A DNA stretch of 64,000 nt from Octopus vulgaris (Eukaryota), in assembly GCA_951406725.2 (NCBI GenBank), contig OX597824.1, positions 54,932,001 through 54,996,000 of the forward strand, in the 5' to 3' direction. Below, in pieces: positions 39,282 through 53,880 of the stretch (its first letter is position 1; each line of letters begins with the position of its first letter). Both the position numbers and the translations under genes were made by a program. The notes beneath the pieces were generated by a model. The model had not been told where the DNA came from. It did no database searches and saw only the letters and a program-made list of their open reading frames with translations.

Positions 39282-42193
39282 ATACCACCCTGTGTACATA
39301 TGCAGGGCTAAGATCTATAAGAGCATGCAATGAACATTGTATTGTATGTTTTGCTTTAATACTTATTTATAGATATTTATGGCGCTTAAAAATACTCTTA
39401 TACCCAGTGTTTGTCAACCTTTGACAGAGTTTTCTGCCCTGTGATTTGGTCAGTGCTAAGGAAGCCAGGTATAGTTGAGATTTAGTAGTGTGTTCAGTAA
39501 TGGATTTTGGGTTCAGGTAAGGTTCACGAAATCTGTGTCCTCACCTTCATTTTGTCGCATTTAGTTATAACAGAAGAGTCTAAGACTGACACGCTCATGC
39601 AAGCTCCTCAATGCTGATGACCAAATTCTTATATCATAATGTGATTTAGAGAGGACATTCCAGATTGAGAGACCTCAAATTTAACTTAGTTAAGACCAAA
39701 GTATTTGTAAATAGGAGAAAAGATAGGACCCTGCCTCCATCACAGAAATAGCCATACCCAATGTACAGGAAAGTAAGAATTCCCTCTGGACAAACAAGAA
39801 AGGCAACAGGATCATAGTCTACAGAAAATATACACTTTACACATGGCAGATTCAAGGGGAACAACTTTTAAAAAACCATGGGAAATAAATACTATAGAAA
39901 ACTTGGAAGGTTCCCTAGTAGTTGATACCTAAGTGGCTTAATTAGGAGTGGGAGTGAATGCCTAGACTGCAAAGCAGTCAAAATGAGATTGGGTTGTAAA
40001 AAGAAGCATAGGAAGCTATTACCTCTGCTGGCAAAGAAAGGCTTCTCTCTAAATGTAAAGAGTAGATTGTATGATGCATATATGCAATGTACAATGATGC
40101 ATGGTCATCAGACATGGCCTTGAACCCAGAGGATTTGTGGAGATTCAATGAAGCAAGCATACTTCACTGGGTGTGTAATGTAAGCATGCACAAGTGATAA
40201 AGTATTAAAGAGGTGAGATAAAAAGAGGATATAAGGGGAGTTATATGTAGTATGCAAGAGAGAATGGACATGTAATGCATATGCAGGATGAAAGCTGTAA
40301 ACATGTGCTGTGCATTCAGAGAGAATGGCACCTGTGGAAGAGGTGAGACAAAGAAAAACTTAGTATGAATGATGAAAACTGATCTCAAGATGCAAATTGC
40401 CATGCTTGCCTAATGGTCACAAGAATAGTGGTAGTGATCTAGTGGTAGTATATGTACAGCTAAGTTGATTATTGCTGTCTTCCTCCACACTTTATTATCC
40501 TATCACTTGCTTCCCTGTTATTCTTATCTTAATTGCTATCATTTGTGCTGTTCAGTGGTACAGGACCAGACAACTTTCAATTCCCCCAACCAACAGCTCA
40601 TCACTTAGCCTTCTGACTCACCTCAAAAGTCAGTTGTGCCCAATACATTCTACCTTCTCACTTCCCTCCAGTATTGCCTGTCATCAGCTTATCTCACTCT
40701 CTGTCTTCATACTTTCTTGGATCAATTGTAACTAGTACATTCTATCCTTCACTCTTCCCTGGGTCATATCTTCAGTCGTTGCTTCTTCCTCAAGTAGCTG
40801 CAACCAAGATGCCTCATACAATGCTGCATCAGGAATCTCTGTTCCTTATTAGCTTTGGTAAATCCTCAATTTCAGGATATGTATCCCTACCAATAACATC
40901 AATGTAGCTGAGTGGTATTCATCTTTTGTTAGGGTGTGTTAGTCTACAGAAAATATAATATGGTCTGTTGTTCAGCACAATAGCAAATGGTTAGCAAAGT
41001 TCACTCTGTATTGAGCAATAATAGTAAAGATAAATGGATTGTGTCTATAAGTCTCTTCTTTGGTCTTGTGCTCATGCCATGAGATATTTTGAGCCCATTT
41101 GATACTTATAATCCAGATTTCAGCTATATAAAAATGCACTCAAAACATGCTCTGAAGAAGGCAAGCTTTGTTGACATTGAAATAATTAACAGACAGAAGT
41201 TTTGAAGCTTGTTACAAGTACTCTTTGTGTGTTAGAAAGCTTTTCCTACTTAGAATCCAAAGTACCCAAAATCACTGACCTTAAGTTGTGTGCCATTGTT
41301 GGAGCAAATTGGCAGGTGGATTTCATCTTTATTAACAGTCATGTACTCAGTCTTTTTTGCATTGAAAGTCTTTGGCTACAGCTTTCTTAAGACTGAGTAT
41401 CCCTGCTTGTTTTAAAATCTATGAATAGCAAACAATATTGGATCCCCCGTGCCCAGTAAACTCTACCTTCACCCTTCCCTCCTGTTCTGACTGCTATCAC
41501 CTTGTCTTGCTTATTCTGGTATCTCACACATGCTCTAAGTACATATCTCAGAAGATTGTCTTACACTATCACACATTTATTACTATCATTCATGCCTCTT
41601 ATTCTGTAAAGAAATTAGTAGCAGGCAGATACAAGGATTCATGAAGTCCTTTTAGTTAGACTGCCTCTTTAGTGCTGGTTGGAGATAGGAAGGGTATACA
41701 GCAGTAGAAACAAAGCCAATAATAAAAAAAACGTAAGTGAAATATGGTTTTCTAAATCATCAAGGAAGCAGTATATGCACTAATTCCAATTGTTACATGC
41801 CAGCATGGAAAGTGGACATAAAACTTTGATATTGATGATGTTCACCTTGTATCATGAGAAAATGCACCAACACACTCTGCAGAGTGGTGTAGAGTTATGT
41901 TAGGAAGGGCATCCAAATGTAGAAACCAAGCCAAATGAGCACCTAGTCTTTGGGAGCAGTAGCTTCTAATGGGAAGGTGACTAGAATTATGATGGTCCAT
42001 CCAATCCATGTAAACAATGAAAGTGGCTGTAAAAGATGATGAATACATACACATATATACGGTAAAACTTTCATTAAATCTTGATAAGTAATATCTATAT
42101 GAATTTTCCATTATATTTTTAACAGTTAGACTCAAAAAGCAAATATATTTACAACATGCAACTGTAAAATTCAATAATCAGTATTTAAGATAC

Positions 42194-42405
42194 CTTTTTT
42201 CTTTATGTAGAGCATCCATATTGTACAAAGCTATGAGTCCATTATTAAGTAAGTTAAGAGACAGTATTTCTGGATGTTTAATCAATTGTTCACGGAGTAA
42301 TCGAGCTGCAATCATCTGGGCTTCCTTTGCCAGCATTTGTATGGGTTTAGCAAGCAATTTGCCATGACCTACTTGTGGCATTGACAGCAGATGCTGACAC
42401 AGAAC
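42194..42405 (-). CDS. GNPAT: GNPAT exon, 212 nt (VLCQHLLS…EILSLNLLNNGLIALYNMDALHKEK)
   Basis: tttgtttAG acceptor, GTATCT donor, phases 0/2; resembles the vertebrate GNPAT C-terminal region as recalled. Confidence 0.88.
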
Positions 42406-42620
42406 CTAAACAAAGTAGAAATAACAATTTATTACAATAATAAACAATAAAAATATATATACTAACATTTTAAATTGTGTATCATGAACCACATAAAGAA
42501 AATTTAATCTTTTCATAAATAGTGGTATCAATAAGATGAGACAGGTTTATCTATGGAAATAACACTAATTTAATGTCTTTCTTAAAGAAACTTGGTACCA
42601 ATTTTCAATGGCTTACTATT

Positions 42621-43000
42621 CATCATCATCATCATCATCATTTAGCGTCCGTTCTCCATGCTAGCATGTGTTGGACGGTTCAACTGGGGTCTGTGAAGCT
42701 GGAAGGCTTCATCAGGCCCAGTCAGATCTGGCAGTGTTTCTACGGCTGGATGCCCTTCCTAACGCCAACCACTCCGTGAGTGTAGTGGGTGCTTTTTACG
42801 TGCCACCCGCACAGGTGCCAGAAAGAGCTGGCAAACGGCCACGAACGGATGGTGCTTTTACGTGTCACCGGCACGGGGCCAGGCGAGGCTGGCAAAGGAC
42901 ACGAACGGATGGTGCTTTTACGTGCCACCAACACGGGGGCCAGACAGAGCTAGCAAACGGCCACGAAACGGATGGTGCTTTTACGTGTCACCGGCACGTA
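42621..43000 (-). mobile_element. RTE-tail/SINE with ~60-bp internal tandem repeats
   Basis: (CAT)n tail; acgaacggatggtgcttttacgtg repeated three times. Confidence 0.75.
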
Positions 43001-44821
43001 AATGTATACATTGTATTCTATCAACCTGGTCAGTGATATCACTTTTATGTGCATTTTCCAAGGTTGCATGCACTTGGCACTATTTAAGGTGACAATCAAT
43101 TCATTGCCAAACAATTTCATGGCATGCCAGTTGAATAACATTGTGAACTATGATGATAGTTGTTTAAATTTATTCACATACTGTGAACTTGAGCAATTAT
43201 TGTAAATATGACAATTGGTGACACAATTTTATAAATCTAATAATCTACTAACAACACTAGCATAAACTTAATTATCAAACTGAAAGTTGTATGTACTACA
43301 ATTTTTCAAAATTGTTCATTTAAAGATTTTAAATATGCAATTGAAAAAATAACTAAACCTAGAGAAAAGACTTGTCATGTTTATACAGGTTAACATTCCT
43401 AGGACTACAGCAAAAAACAAGCTAATGATTTCCTGCAAAATTCCAATGTACATACTTTTTTGAGTAAATTCTCTGCAATCAAAGATGGTCCAAAAGTAGC
43501 GTTTATAAAATTGGTTTTTATTAATGAAATTGTATTCAGACAATCAAGAAAAAAGACTCTAAAGTGCCCCTCTTAGACCTGGTTAACCTTGTAATGGTAC
43601 ACTGAGAGTGAGCTTTTGCTCTTGGGTCAATAATAATGTCAGGTTCTAGTACAGAAGTATCTAATATATTTCTAGAAATGACTTATCAAAGTAAGCCTAC
43701 CAAATTGTGGATTATCACATCTTTCCAAATCCTGAACTGCATATAAAAAGAAAAGCTTCAATAGTGGTCAACAGGAGCATTTAAGCAAATTCTGTAGGTC
43801 AAAGCTACTGTATTCTATCAAACCTCTCCATAATGATAATGTTAGGGAAATTAGTCCTAAACAATGAGGAAATATCTTTGAATATCAATTGTGCAACAAA
43901 TGATAATTTACATAAGGTTAAATGAACAACTAGTCACATGCAATTGGATATTGATGTAGTATGTCCCACTGTACCGACTTAAATGTTAACGAAGTTATCA
44001 TTAATCTTCACATCTATTGACAAATATCTCACTGGTCCAAATATCATTGGCTTTGTTGTGGTTAATAGCCCAAAAACCTTTAGATTGTCCAGTCATACAG
44101 GTTTTTGTAAAGTTTAAAAGTTTACAATATGATTAAAAAAAAACAATCCCTTAAGAGATTGTTAAAATTTATTGTCAATGAAATTTGCAATACATACATG
44201 TTTTTTGCTATTAAAATGATTACAAAATAATATCTATTAATTCTGGCACATTTGAACATGAATGTTTGATCATTGTTGTCTTTCCTCATTAGGAACACCC
44301 CCTTTCTTTAAATGATGTGTATTCATAACACATATAATTAAACAATGATAAAAAGCAACATTGTTCAGGTGTTCATGATTGAATCTGCCTGAACATATTA
44401 AGAATAAACAGATATATTATTGTTTGGATTCTTGATGTTCTGCATGCAGCCCTTGAATTATTATCTGTTTGACAGACTTCAACATGCATCAGCAAATAAT
44501 TTTCTGATTTCTATAAACAAGAGCCTTGTGCTCTCGTCAGATTCATTAGTTGAGGAGACATATAATTAGGATTAGGTCAAAACATTTGTGCACTTTACAT
44601 CTCCTTACACCGGTAGATTGCTTGTGTTATCTAAAGGGAGGAGGTATTCTCTGATGACAAAAAAACAACAGCAATTAGATATTTACATCCAAATCTGCCA
44701 GAATATGAGTGAACAAAAGCATTATTGTTTAGATTCTCATTGTTTTGCATGCTTCCTGTGAATTAGCGTAAAATAATCATTTCATTGAAAAAGAATTCTT
44801 TTTCTTCAACACAATACTTAC

Positions 44822-44962
44822 CCAATATCCCATCAGAAATGGTTCAAACATATGGCTAAAGAATACTGTATATTTATTGGTTGATGGTTTAATCAATACA
44901 ACTTCATCTTGTAGTACGACTCCACAAGTATGGGCTAAAACTAATAGGGCTTGTTCAAAATC
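44822..44962 (-). CDS. GNPAT: GNPAT exon, 141 nt (DFEQALLVLAHTCG…MFEPFLMGYW)
   Basis: ctctctcAG acceptor, GTAAGT donor, phases 0/0; resembles recalled GNPAT DFEEGC…FKPFVESY. Confidence 0.88.
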
Positions 44963-45125
44963 CTGAGAGAGAAAAAGGAAATTGTGTGTGTGTTTTTAAT
45001 AAGATAATTAAAATCTAGTGAAATCAACAAACAAAAATAAACTCACAAAAATATCAATGAAAACAAAAAATGTATGTACTTGAAACCTGGTACTTGAATG
45101 TACATCTATTTAAAGCCTTATTATA

Positions 45126-46197
45126 CAGACTGCATCAGTTTTTTTGAGAACACCTTTTTTAAGAGCTCTAAATATCTTCTTATTTTTTACCTTATTTTCA
45201 GATAAATAATGTCAGCAAATGAAAAGGAATGCCTTAAAAGCATTAGTAATACAGAGATAGTTTGCTTCTTGAAAGTTGCTTGCAGTTAAAAGCAAAATGC
45301 ATGTACAGGATCCTAATATCATTAGAACACATAATACATGCAAAACGTCCAAGAAATAAGTGATTAAAACCCTCAGAAAGTCAATCAGAACCATTGCAAA
45401 GGACCTCAAGGTTTCAGAATGCACCATCGGAAGAGTTGTACATGAGGACATCTGGTACAGTTGTATGTGATGTGCAGGGGTCAGTTTATATTGGACATGA
45501 CAAGAGAGAATCATTCAATCCATGCAAATCACTTGCTAAACAAGTTAAAACACCAAGAAGCTGGAATGCTTTGGTTTTTCTCTGAGGAGAAAAACTTTGA
45601 ACAGGATCAAAGGGTAAACCAAAGGGATGACAGACCCAAATGAGGTTCCAACAGTCATGCATACTAAGTTCCCAGCAACTGTGATGGTTCTGAGAGCCAT
45701 CAGTAATGATGGAGATGTAGTGCTGCGTGTTGTAGAAAGTTGTGAGAGCCTGGATAGATAGAGTATGCAATGGAAGATTGTACACCTTCCAACAAGATTC
45801 TGCACCATCTCATAAGGCTAGAGCAATCCAAGTGTGGATGTGTTCCAATCTTCACAACCATGTACTCCCAGACACATGACCTCCTAGCTCACTAGACCTC
45901 AATCCACTTAACTATTACATATGGGGCAGAGCTGAGAGAAAGGTCAAACAACACTCCCATGACACCATACACTCTCTCAAGTCTGCCATAAACAGGGCTA
46001 TTCTCAGAATTTATATTATCTGATTCAGGCTGGTCAATGCTTTTGATCCCCAATATGAAGCAGCCATTGATGCAATGGTATATTCATTGAATAGGTGTGA
46101 TAAAAGGATTCTCAAGTTATTTGTACCAATTTGTTTTCAAATATAGCTTTTCTTCTTCGAATTCATACAAATGACTTCAAAAAACTGATGCACCCTT
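45126..46197 (+). mobile_element. Tc1/mariner transposon (maT/DD37D-like), degenerate
   Basis: TIRs tgcatcagtttttg / caaaaaactgatgca; FSEEKNF, KFPATVMV, FQQDSAPSH, SLDLNPL motifs. Confidence 0.8.
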
Positions 46198-46855
46198 ATT
46201 TAGGATCTGGGAGATTTAAGATAAATGTAGAAACTGTTATCATTCAAAATCTTATTGCCTAGGGACAAACATTAACATTCTATCAAAGTATTCTTTATAA
46301 CATATGTTATATTTTAAAGCATGACAGTGCATTGGGTTCTCACATTTTAATTCTCATCTCTGGGTAGATTTGTAAATCCATACAGACATTGTTAAAGAAA
46401 GAAAATGTAAGCTTTTTAACAATTCTTTCATAGTTTATCCAGCAATAAAATAAAATTTTTTATTTTATTCTAAAAATGTATTCACATAAGTTACATCAGA
46501 ATTACATAGGAATGATTTAAGAACAGGTTTGGTTATATCGACAAAATGAAAAGAACCACTAGAATGTATTTTCAGTTTTGAATAATTATCAGAAGTAGTG
46601 ATAGTACTTTACAACCTTCTTATTACATCTGTAAAGTTTGGCAAAATATATCTTAAATTTTTTCAAAACAAATTCAGATAACCTTAATGAATATTGTAAA
46701 GTAGCAGATGTTATGGATGATAAACTATTTAATAATGTGTATAAAAGTATCATTTAACAAACATTAATAAGAATAAAGACTAGTTTTAATATATAAAAAA
46801 AAAAGGGTTCAAGTTGAAAACAAAACCATACCAAAACCAAACTGAGGCACTCTAC

Positions 46856-46935
46856 CTGTTTAGTATTTCCTGGAAGGAAGATAAACTCTCTGCTGAAAAG
46901 TTTCTCCAGAAAAACATACTTTTCATAGAGATCAT
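46856..46935 (-). CDS. GNPAT: GNPAT exon, 80 nt (DLYEKYVFLEKLFSREFIFLPGNTKQ)
   Basis: ttgttatAG acceptor, GTAGAG donor; EFIFLPGNT matches the recalled GNPAT motif; upstream exons not found in this window. Confidence 0.88.
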
Positions 46936-47732
46936 CTATAACAAATCAGACATAAATATGAAAGCCATTGATATAATAATCTACTGTATAAGAACAGCAA
47001 GAAACATACGAAAAAATTATACATATACGTAAATGGTGAACAAAAACAATCACATACATAGATAAATGAACAGTGTACAAGTGTTTGAAGTGCAAAGTTT
47101 TAAGTAATTTAGATTAAGGGCTTTGTTTAGTACCTAGACAATGTTTTGTAAACTAAAAACAACATTTACAATGTTTGTAGCCTAAACTTTCAGCTTTTTG
47201 TCTCAATTAATCAATCAATTATGTAACAAATATGTAACAAATTTTTTAAATTCTTTGTCATTTGTCAATAAGTGTTGTTTCCTGTTTGCTTCAGTCTAGA
47301 AATCAAAGGAAATAACTACTATTCCCTTCAAACATTACTTTTGTGACCTGGACATCAATGTCTTGAAACTGACCTATTTTTCATTACATTTCAGACAAAC
47401 TGAACATGGAATTGTTGAAGCAGAAATATCATTATAACATATATTCTACTCAATATCATAGATTTGCTTGTCAGTTACTTGGCTGTAACCACTTGAGGAT
47501 GTAACTGACAATATGTGCATCTCTGATCATGAGCAGGAGTAGTGGGGAAGCATCATGGCCATGTGTTGAGAGGGAGTCTTTGGGGTTTGAATAAATATAA
47601 CTAAAGCAAAGTTTGAAGGAAATATTAGCCATTCTTCATACTTTCTAGAAGTAAGTAAATAGGAAATAACAGTTACTAAGGACAAAAATCATGTTATCTA
47701 ACTGTCCTAAATCTATACATTGTATATATTAA

Positions 47733-49754
47733 CCTTCTCCATGTTGCTGTCACAATTTGTCGTCCACAAATTTTCTCCCCTGTAGTTGCAGGCACATTTT
47801 GTTGCCTTGAGAGGGATGCTTAAAATAAACACTCTGTAAATTCTATTTCCGGTACTTTAAGCTGGAAACAGTGTACTTTTGATTCAGAATGAGGCTTAAA
47901 CTTCCATTTTAGGACACCATTTTCATTGTTTATATTCTTGCCACAAGATACACAAGCTTTGAAATCAATTACTGATTTTTTTATTTTTACCAAATGAAAA
48001 CTGCCACTCTTGCATTTGATGAAGCTTTTCTACAAGAAATCTTTGATTCTGACTCAGATGGCAATTTTGAAAGATTTACTCAGATATCAATGGTGAAATG
48101 ATTCGAGGTGATGATGAGGATATAGAATGTATTTACAATGATATTGAAAATGATGTACTAAGTGGATACTATCATCTATAGTTGGTTCATTTTAAGGAAA
48201 ATACAGGCCCCAAGTAGGTACCTGATGGCATTTCTGAGGGACAACTCTTTCCTTACTTTCTTAATGATGAAATTATAATTTTGTTAACGAGAACTATGTA
48301 TGCTAGTCATGTGAAGGAAAAGAGAGGGGAAATGCTGGTGCCTACTTATATATCAACATATGGAAGAACACCACTTCTGAAGAAATGAAGATATTTGTCA
48401 CAATTTTACTTATGATTGGGTTCACCAAATAAATGCTCATCATTTGAATTATATTGGTCAACTGATGACTTTATTGAGATGACAGCTTCAGGTACATCAT
48501 GACAAGAGACAGATTTCTGAGAATCTTGTCCTTTTTCCATCCTTTGAGCAACTCCAAAGCGAAACCAAAGAATCATCCTGAGCATGATAGGGCTCACAAA
48601 ATCCAACCACTTTTTGAAAAGCTTGTGCCACTTCGGCAAAAATACTTTTACTGTGGAAAGGAATATTCAGTGGATGAAAGTATGATTTCTTTCAAAGGAA
48701 GAACATGTCTACTGATCTACATGCCAACAAAATCAACCAAGTGGAACCTGAAAGCTGGGGGATGGCTGATGCAAAAACCAGGTACATGTACAACTGGCAG
48801 CTGTACTTGGGCTCAGAAACAACCCAGGTACCAAGAGCAGTTGGTGTTGGACCATAAAGTGGTTTCCTCCCTGACAGAGAATGTACAAAATAAGGGCCAT
48901 GTCATTTATATGGACAATTTAATTTCATCATCTACATTGTTCCAGGATCTAGTGCAAAATGGAACAGGGGCATGTGCCACACTATGTGTAAACTGTCAAG
49001 TATGCCTTATGAAATCAAAGCAACAAGACTCCAAGCAGGCACTACTCCATCATACAGAGATGGACACATTTTGTACATTTCCAGGTATGACAAAAGACCT
49101 GTTTATCTTCTGACAACTGCCTACTCTGCTCAGACCTTCAGAAAAGAAGATCGATCAAAGCATCATGAAGATCATACCGGATTGTTATACATACCTTGTG
49201 CTGTGTGGTCCTACTATCAACACATGGGGATGATAGTGCAGACAAGCAGATGTACCAAGTGGAAGAAGAAAGTTTTTTTCTACGTCTTTGAAATATGTTT
49301 CTGTAATGCCCTTGTCATCTGGAAAGCCAAGTCAGTTCACCAGGTCAATGCTGAAAAGTTCAGGCTCAAAATTGTACATTCTCTGCTGGAAGGCTACCAG
49401 TCAGGTGCATCTCACGGGAGAGGGAAAAATCAGAATCCCCTTACCCAGAGAAACTGGTGTTAACAGAACACCTTATTATTAACCCCAAGCACCTAAAATC
49501 TGGCAGGCCATCTTGCCCAGATTGTGTTGCTTGTTTAAACAGAGAGAAAAAGATCACCAAACCAAGTTTGCTTGCAGGAAATGTAATGTGGCACTCTGCC
49601 CATACCCCTGCTTCCACAGTCTGAGAGAGTACAAAGTAGACTGCACTCAAGAACTCCATAAAAAGTGATCAAGGTATGTTGTAAGTATATTAACAAATCT
49701 GTGCTTTTTGTTTTTGTTTTATTTATTTTTTGATGTCAAAACATGGTGAACAGG
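47733..49754 (+). mobile_element. piggyBac (PGBD4-like) transposon, degenerate; a fragment is duplicated at 50640-50790
   Basis: TTAA|cc left end; MTRDRF, VDESMISFKGR, YMDN motifs and a Cys-rich C-terminus. Confidence 0.85.
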
Positions 49755-49799
49755 AAATTGACTGCATTCACCATGTGGAATTTTCCAAGTAATTGTTGT

Positions 49800-50340
49800 C
49801 CCTGAAATACCAATATCAAACAGTAAGACCATCTAAGTCAGATATAGGTAAAATTAGCAAAGCAATAATAAATGGGATGATACCTAAATTAAAATGTGTA
49901 AACAACCTCAGATTATGGTCTAACACAAATGAAGTTATCATATGGTTTAAAAGGCTGGGGAAAAAAACAAGACCAAACATGTGCAGCTAAACATATCAAA
50001 CTACTACCAGTCCATAAACCCAGTTCTACTAAACAAGGCGCTAATATTCACTAAGACCAACTGAGAAGAAATAAATATAATTTTTGCTGCTAGGAGCACT
50101 ATAATAGAATAAGGAGGTAAGCTATGGAGTTGATTGGACAGGGTTGGCTCATTTGACATAACAATGGGGTCCAGTGACTACACACAAGTCACAGATTTAG
50201 TATGTACCTATTATTGCAAATAGAATCTTGGCAACCGAACATGGGGGAGGTAGGATTATATAGAGATGATGCATTGTTCACTATACAAAAAGTAGCAACG
50301 TAGAAATAGAAAGATGCAAGAAACAACTTTTTAAATTCTT
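49800..50340 (+). mobile_element. Highly decayed PLE RT fragment (GLYRDD type)
   Basis: PSKSDIGKISK, FDITMGS, GLYRDDAL motifs. Confidence 0.6.
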
Positions 50341-50390
50341 GTAATTTGTTATGTACAATAAATAAGATAACCAGACAACAGTAAAAACAA

Positions 50391-50592
50391 TGTAATGAAC
50401 TAACAAACCTCTTTATGAACCAACAATCAATATTCTTTGTGAACTAACCAACTGACACCTTCCGACTTCACTGAGAACTCAAACTCCACTCAACTCTGAA
50501 CTCACTCGGGTCGTTACTATTTATGCTTTACTCAGACCCGTCTATCTCTCATAAGGAGATGTTGCAACTCTCATTACATCATCCCTTTTGAG
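50391..50592 (-). mobile_element. Short LTR (188 bp) with adjacent polypurine tract
   Basis: TGTAATGA…TCATTACA termini (50391-50578); minus-strand aaaagggatga directly precedes the LTR. Confidence 0.65.
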
Positions 50593-50999
50593 ATTTCGAC
50601 TGCTGTGAGAAAGTGGAATTTCTTTCCTTTTTTTTTTTTCTTTCCAGGTATGACAAAAGACCTGTGAATTTTCTGACAACTGCCTACTCTGCTCAGACCT
50701 TCAGAAAAGAAGATCAATCAAAGCGTTATGAAGATCATACCAGGATTGTTGTACATACCTTGTGCTGTGCAGTCCTACTATCAACACATTTTTTCTTTTT
50801 TAGTCTTGAGTATCTTAATTGTTGCCTGACTTTTAAGGTAGTATTATTCATTGCACACAATTTTTCTTTTTCTTGCGTTTGGATATATGATTTAACGAAG
50901 CAAAAGTAAAGCAATGTATTCACATGATATGCTTCGACTACTGCTATGTGAGACTCAAATGCCCTCAGTTGTCTCAACAATAATGGACACAAAAACACT

Positions 51000-51590
51000 A
51001 AGGAGAAAAAACAAAACACCACACCTCACTTTAAATCACTCCCATACATATCAACCCACAACCCCAGAAACAATGAAGCATACAATACAATTATACAAAA
51101 TCTCCCTCTGCTCACTCAAGACTCAAAAATGAACAACATCCTAAATACACATAAACTCCTCAAATGCAAAAGACAACACAAATCACTCAAGAGACTCCTA
51201 AAAATGCAAAACTATACTCAATACATACAATACAAACAGTTAAAAAATGCAGGTGACCTAATTGTGGTATATGTTCATAGCTAACTGAAGGCTCGGAATT
51301 CACATTCCAGCAAGGAGAAAAATTGTCAATTAAGACCAACTTCACATGTACTTCCCAGAATCTTATCTATGTCTTAACCTGCTCAAGTTGTGGCTACAAT
51401 TATGTGGGCCAGATGAGCCTTACTTTGAGATGCACTTTGAGATGCAGAGTCATGCTGCATAAAGAACAGATTCATATTCTTCAATACAGGCAGATAGCCC
51501 TGAGCAAACATATCGACAGATGCGCAAAAAATAAAACGCCGAATTTCCTTATCTTTCCATTATATCAATGCAAAGATTCAATCGCCTTAC
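51000..51590 (+). mobile_element. Neptune-type PLE GIY-YIG fragment
   Basis: NFTCTSQNLIYVLTCSSCGYNYVGQ; homologous to 5700-6300. Confidence 0.8.
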
Positions 51591-51593
51591 GTA

Positions 51594-51768
51594 AAAAGCA
51601 CCCACTACACTCACGGAGTGGTTGGCGTTAGGAAGGGCATCCAGCCGTAGAAACATTGCCAGATCAGACTGGGCCTGGTGCAGCCTTCTGGTTTCCCAGA
51701 CCCCAGTTGAACCGTCCAACCCATGCTAGCATGGAAAGCGGACGCTAAATGATGATGATGATGATGAT
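51594..51768 (+). mobile_element. RTE-tail/SINE 3' fragment
   Basis: ggaagggcatccagccgtagaaac…(GAT)n tail. Confidence 0.75.
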
Positions 51769-51889
51769 ATTTAAAAAAAAATTTCTTTATAAAAAGATAT
51801 TAAACTATGTGAAACGAAGGCATTTCTCTTCCACTTTTTATATGTTTTCTACATATTTTCAACCTATATATATAACAGAAATAGGTTTC

Positions 51890-53880
51890 AAAGAGAAAAT
51901 AAACTACACATGGTAGATATATGGGGAAAGTAAGAAGAAAAAAGCGAAAATGGACATTGAATAAGAAAAAATAAAGGCTTTTTAAGAAAAGTAACGATAA
52001 ATATATGCAATTACATGAACTGAGGTAGAATTGAGAGGAATAAAAGTCATTATTTTGAATTGTTAAAGGAATTCAAAGTCATAACTGGTATTGTCAATTG
52101 CTGTTCACTGGCTTTGAATGCACACCAATTACCAAATGGTGTTAGGTCTACTAGTCCCCGAGTAAAAGATTATATGCAAGGGAGGTAAGTAGTTCTAGGA
52201 GTGGTGCAATTAGGGTAGATGTAATACTGTATGGAATATATGGGAATTAGTGGTATTACTGGTAAGGTTATTAGTGTTCTGTTTTATGTTATGTGTTCAT
52301 GTTGAGTTGTGGATCATGTTTATTGATGAAAGTTGCTTCTTTATTTATTCTTTGCTGAACAGAAGTGTTCTGTGAACATGGGTTACCTAGAAGTCAAACT
52401 ATACCAATCATCACTACAAAAATATGGCACCTCATTTCATTGCTATTTAACAGAGAACTGGAAGAGGTACTTAAATGATTGCTTTATACTTTGGAAAGAT
52501 AGCATGGACAAATTCCTCGATTTCAAAATAATGCTCAACAATATCAATAGCAATATCAATTCACCATGGAATACAGCAATAAACAACTTGCATTTCTTGA
52601 CATCCTAATTAAAATAGTCAATAACCACATTGAAATGGACATCTATAAACCCACAGATTCAAAACAATACTTATTATTCAACTCATGCTACCCCAAACAC
52701 ATAAAAATTAATATACCTTATAATCTAGAGAAAAGAATCTGTACCATAGTTTTGGACACCAATACTCATGAACTCAGATCAATACTAATCAAGAGACATT
52801 ACCCAAAATCATTAATAAATGATGGCATTAAACGAGCAAAGAAAATAGACATACGAACTTTAAGGGAAGTCAACTGAAATACTACACCAGACTTTAAAAT
52901 ACTCTCATAAATTTTCACACACAACCCTAGAAACAATGAGGCCTTTAACATTATCATCCAAAATCTACCCATCCTCACAGGAAATAAAACAATGAACAAA
53001 ATTTTAGGTTCACACAAAATTATCAAGAGCAAAATGCAACTGAAATCATCGAAAAAAATATTAACCAATGCAAGACTATATCCATTAACAATGGAACCAA
53101 AAGTGAAAAAATGCAGTCAGCCTAATTGTGGCAAATGCAGCCACCTTTTGGAGGATACAGAGTTCCACTATAAAAAAGGTGAAATATTTAAGATAAAATC
53201 AAATTTTACCTGTGCCTTGGAAAACCTAATCTATGCCATTACCTGCTTAGGATGTGGTAATAATTATAGTGGCCGAACAGGAATGTCTCTCCGTCAAAGA
53301 TCAACTCTTCACAAACAACAAATCCACTACCCACAATACAGACAGTTACAAGAAAGGTGTGCTAGGAACCTTAATCCTAACTTCCAAATTTTCCCTTTAT
53401 ATCAATCAATGTTCATAGAACACCTCAGTTCAGCAAAGAATGAATAAAGAAGCAACTTTCAATAAACATCATCCACAACTCAATATGAACACATAACATA
53501 ATACAGAACACTACTAATTTCACACTGAATACCACTAATTCCCATACATTCCATACACCACTCATATTACAGTATTACATCTACCCTAATTGCACCAAAC
53601 CCAGAACTACTTACCTCCCTTACACATAATCTTTTTACACAGGGACTAGTAGACCTAACACCATTTGGTAATCATTGTGCATTCAAAACCAGCGAACAGA
53701 AATTGACAATGTTGGTATGACTTTCAATCCCTTTAGCAATTCAAAATAATGACTTTTCTTCCCCTCAATTCTACCTCAGTTCATGTAATTGTATATATTT
53801 ATTGTTACTTTTCATAAAAAGGCCTTTATTTTTTTTCTTATTCAATGTGCATTTTTGCTTTTTCTTCTTACTTTCCCTAT
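51890..53880 (+). mobile_element. Neptune-type PLE 3' half with an inverted 5' copy of its tail
   Basis: WKRYLNDCFILW and NLIYAITC motifs at 52370-53450; 51890-52325 is the diverged reverse complement of about 53470-53880. Confidence 0.82.

Noticed and set aside
42790-43000. Repeat-spacer pattern resembling a CRISPR array
   Set aside because: Spacers are similar to each other, the array lies in a retroelement 3' UTR, the context is eukaryotic and there are no cas genes.
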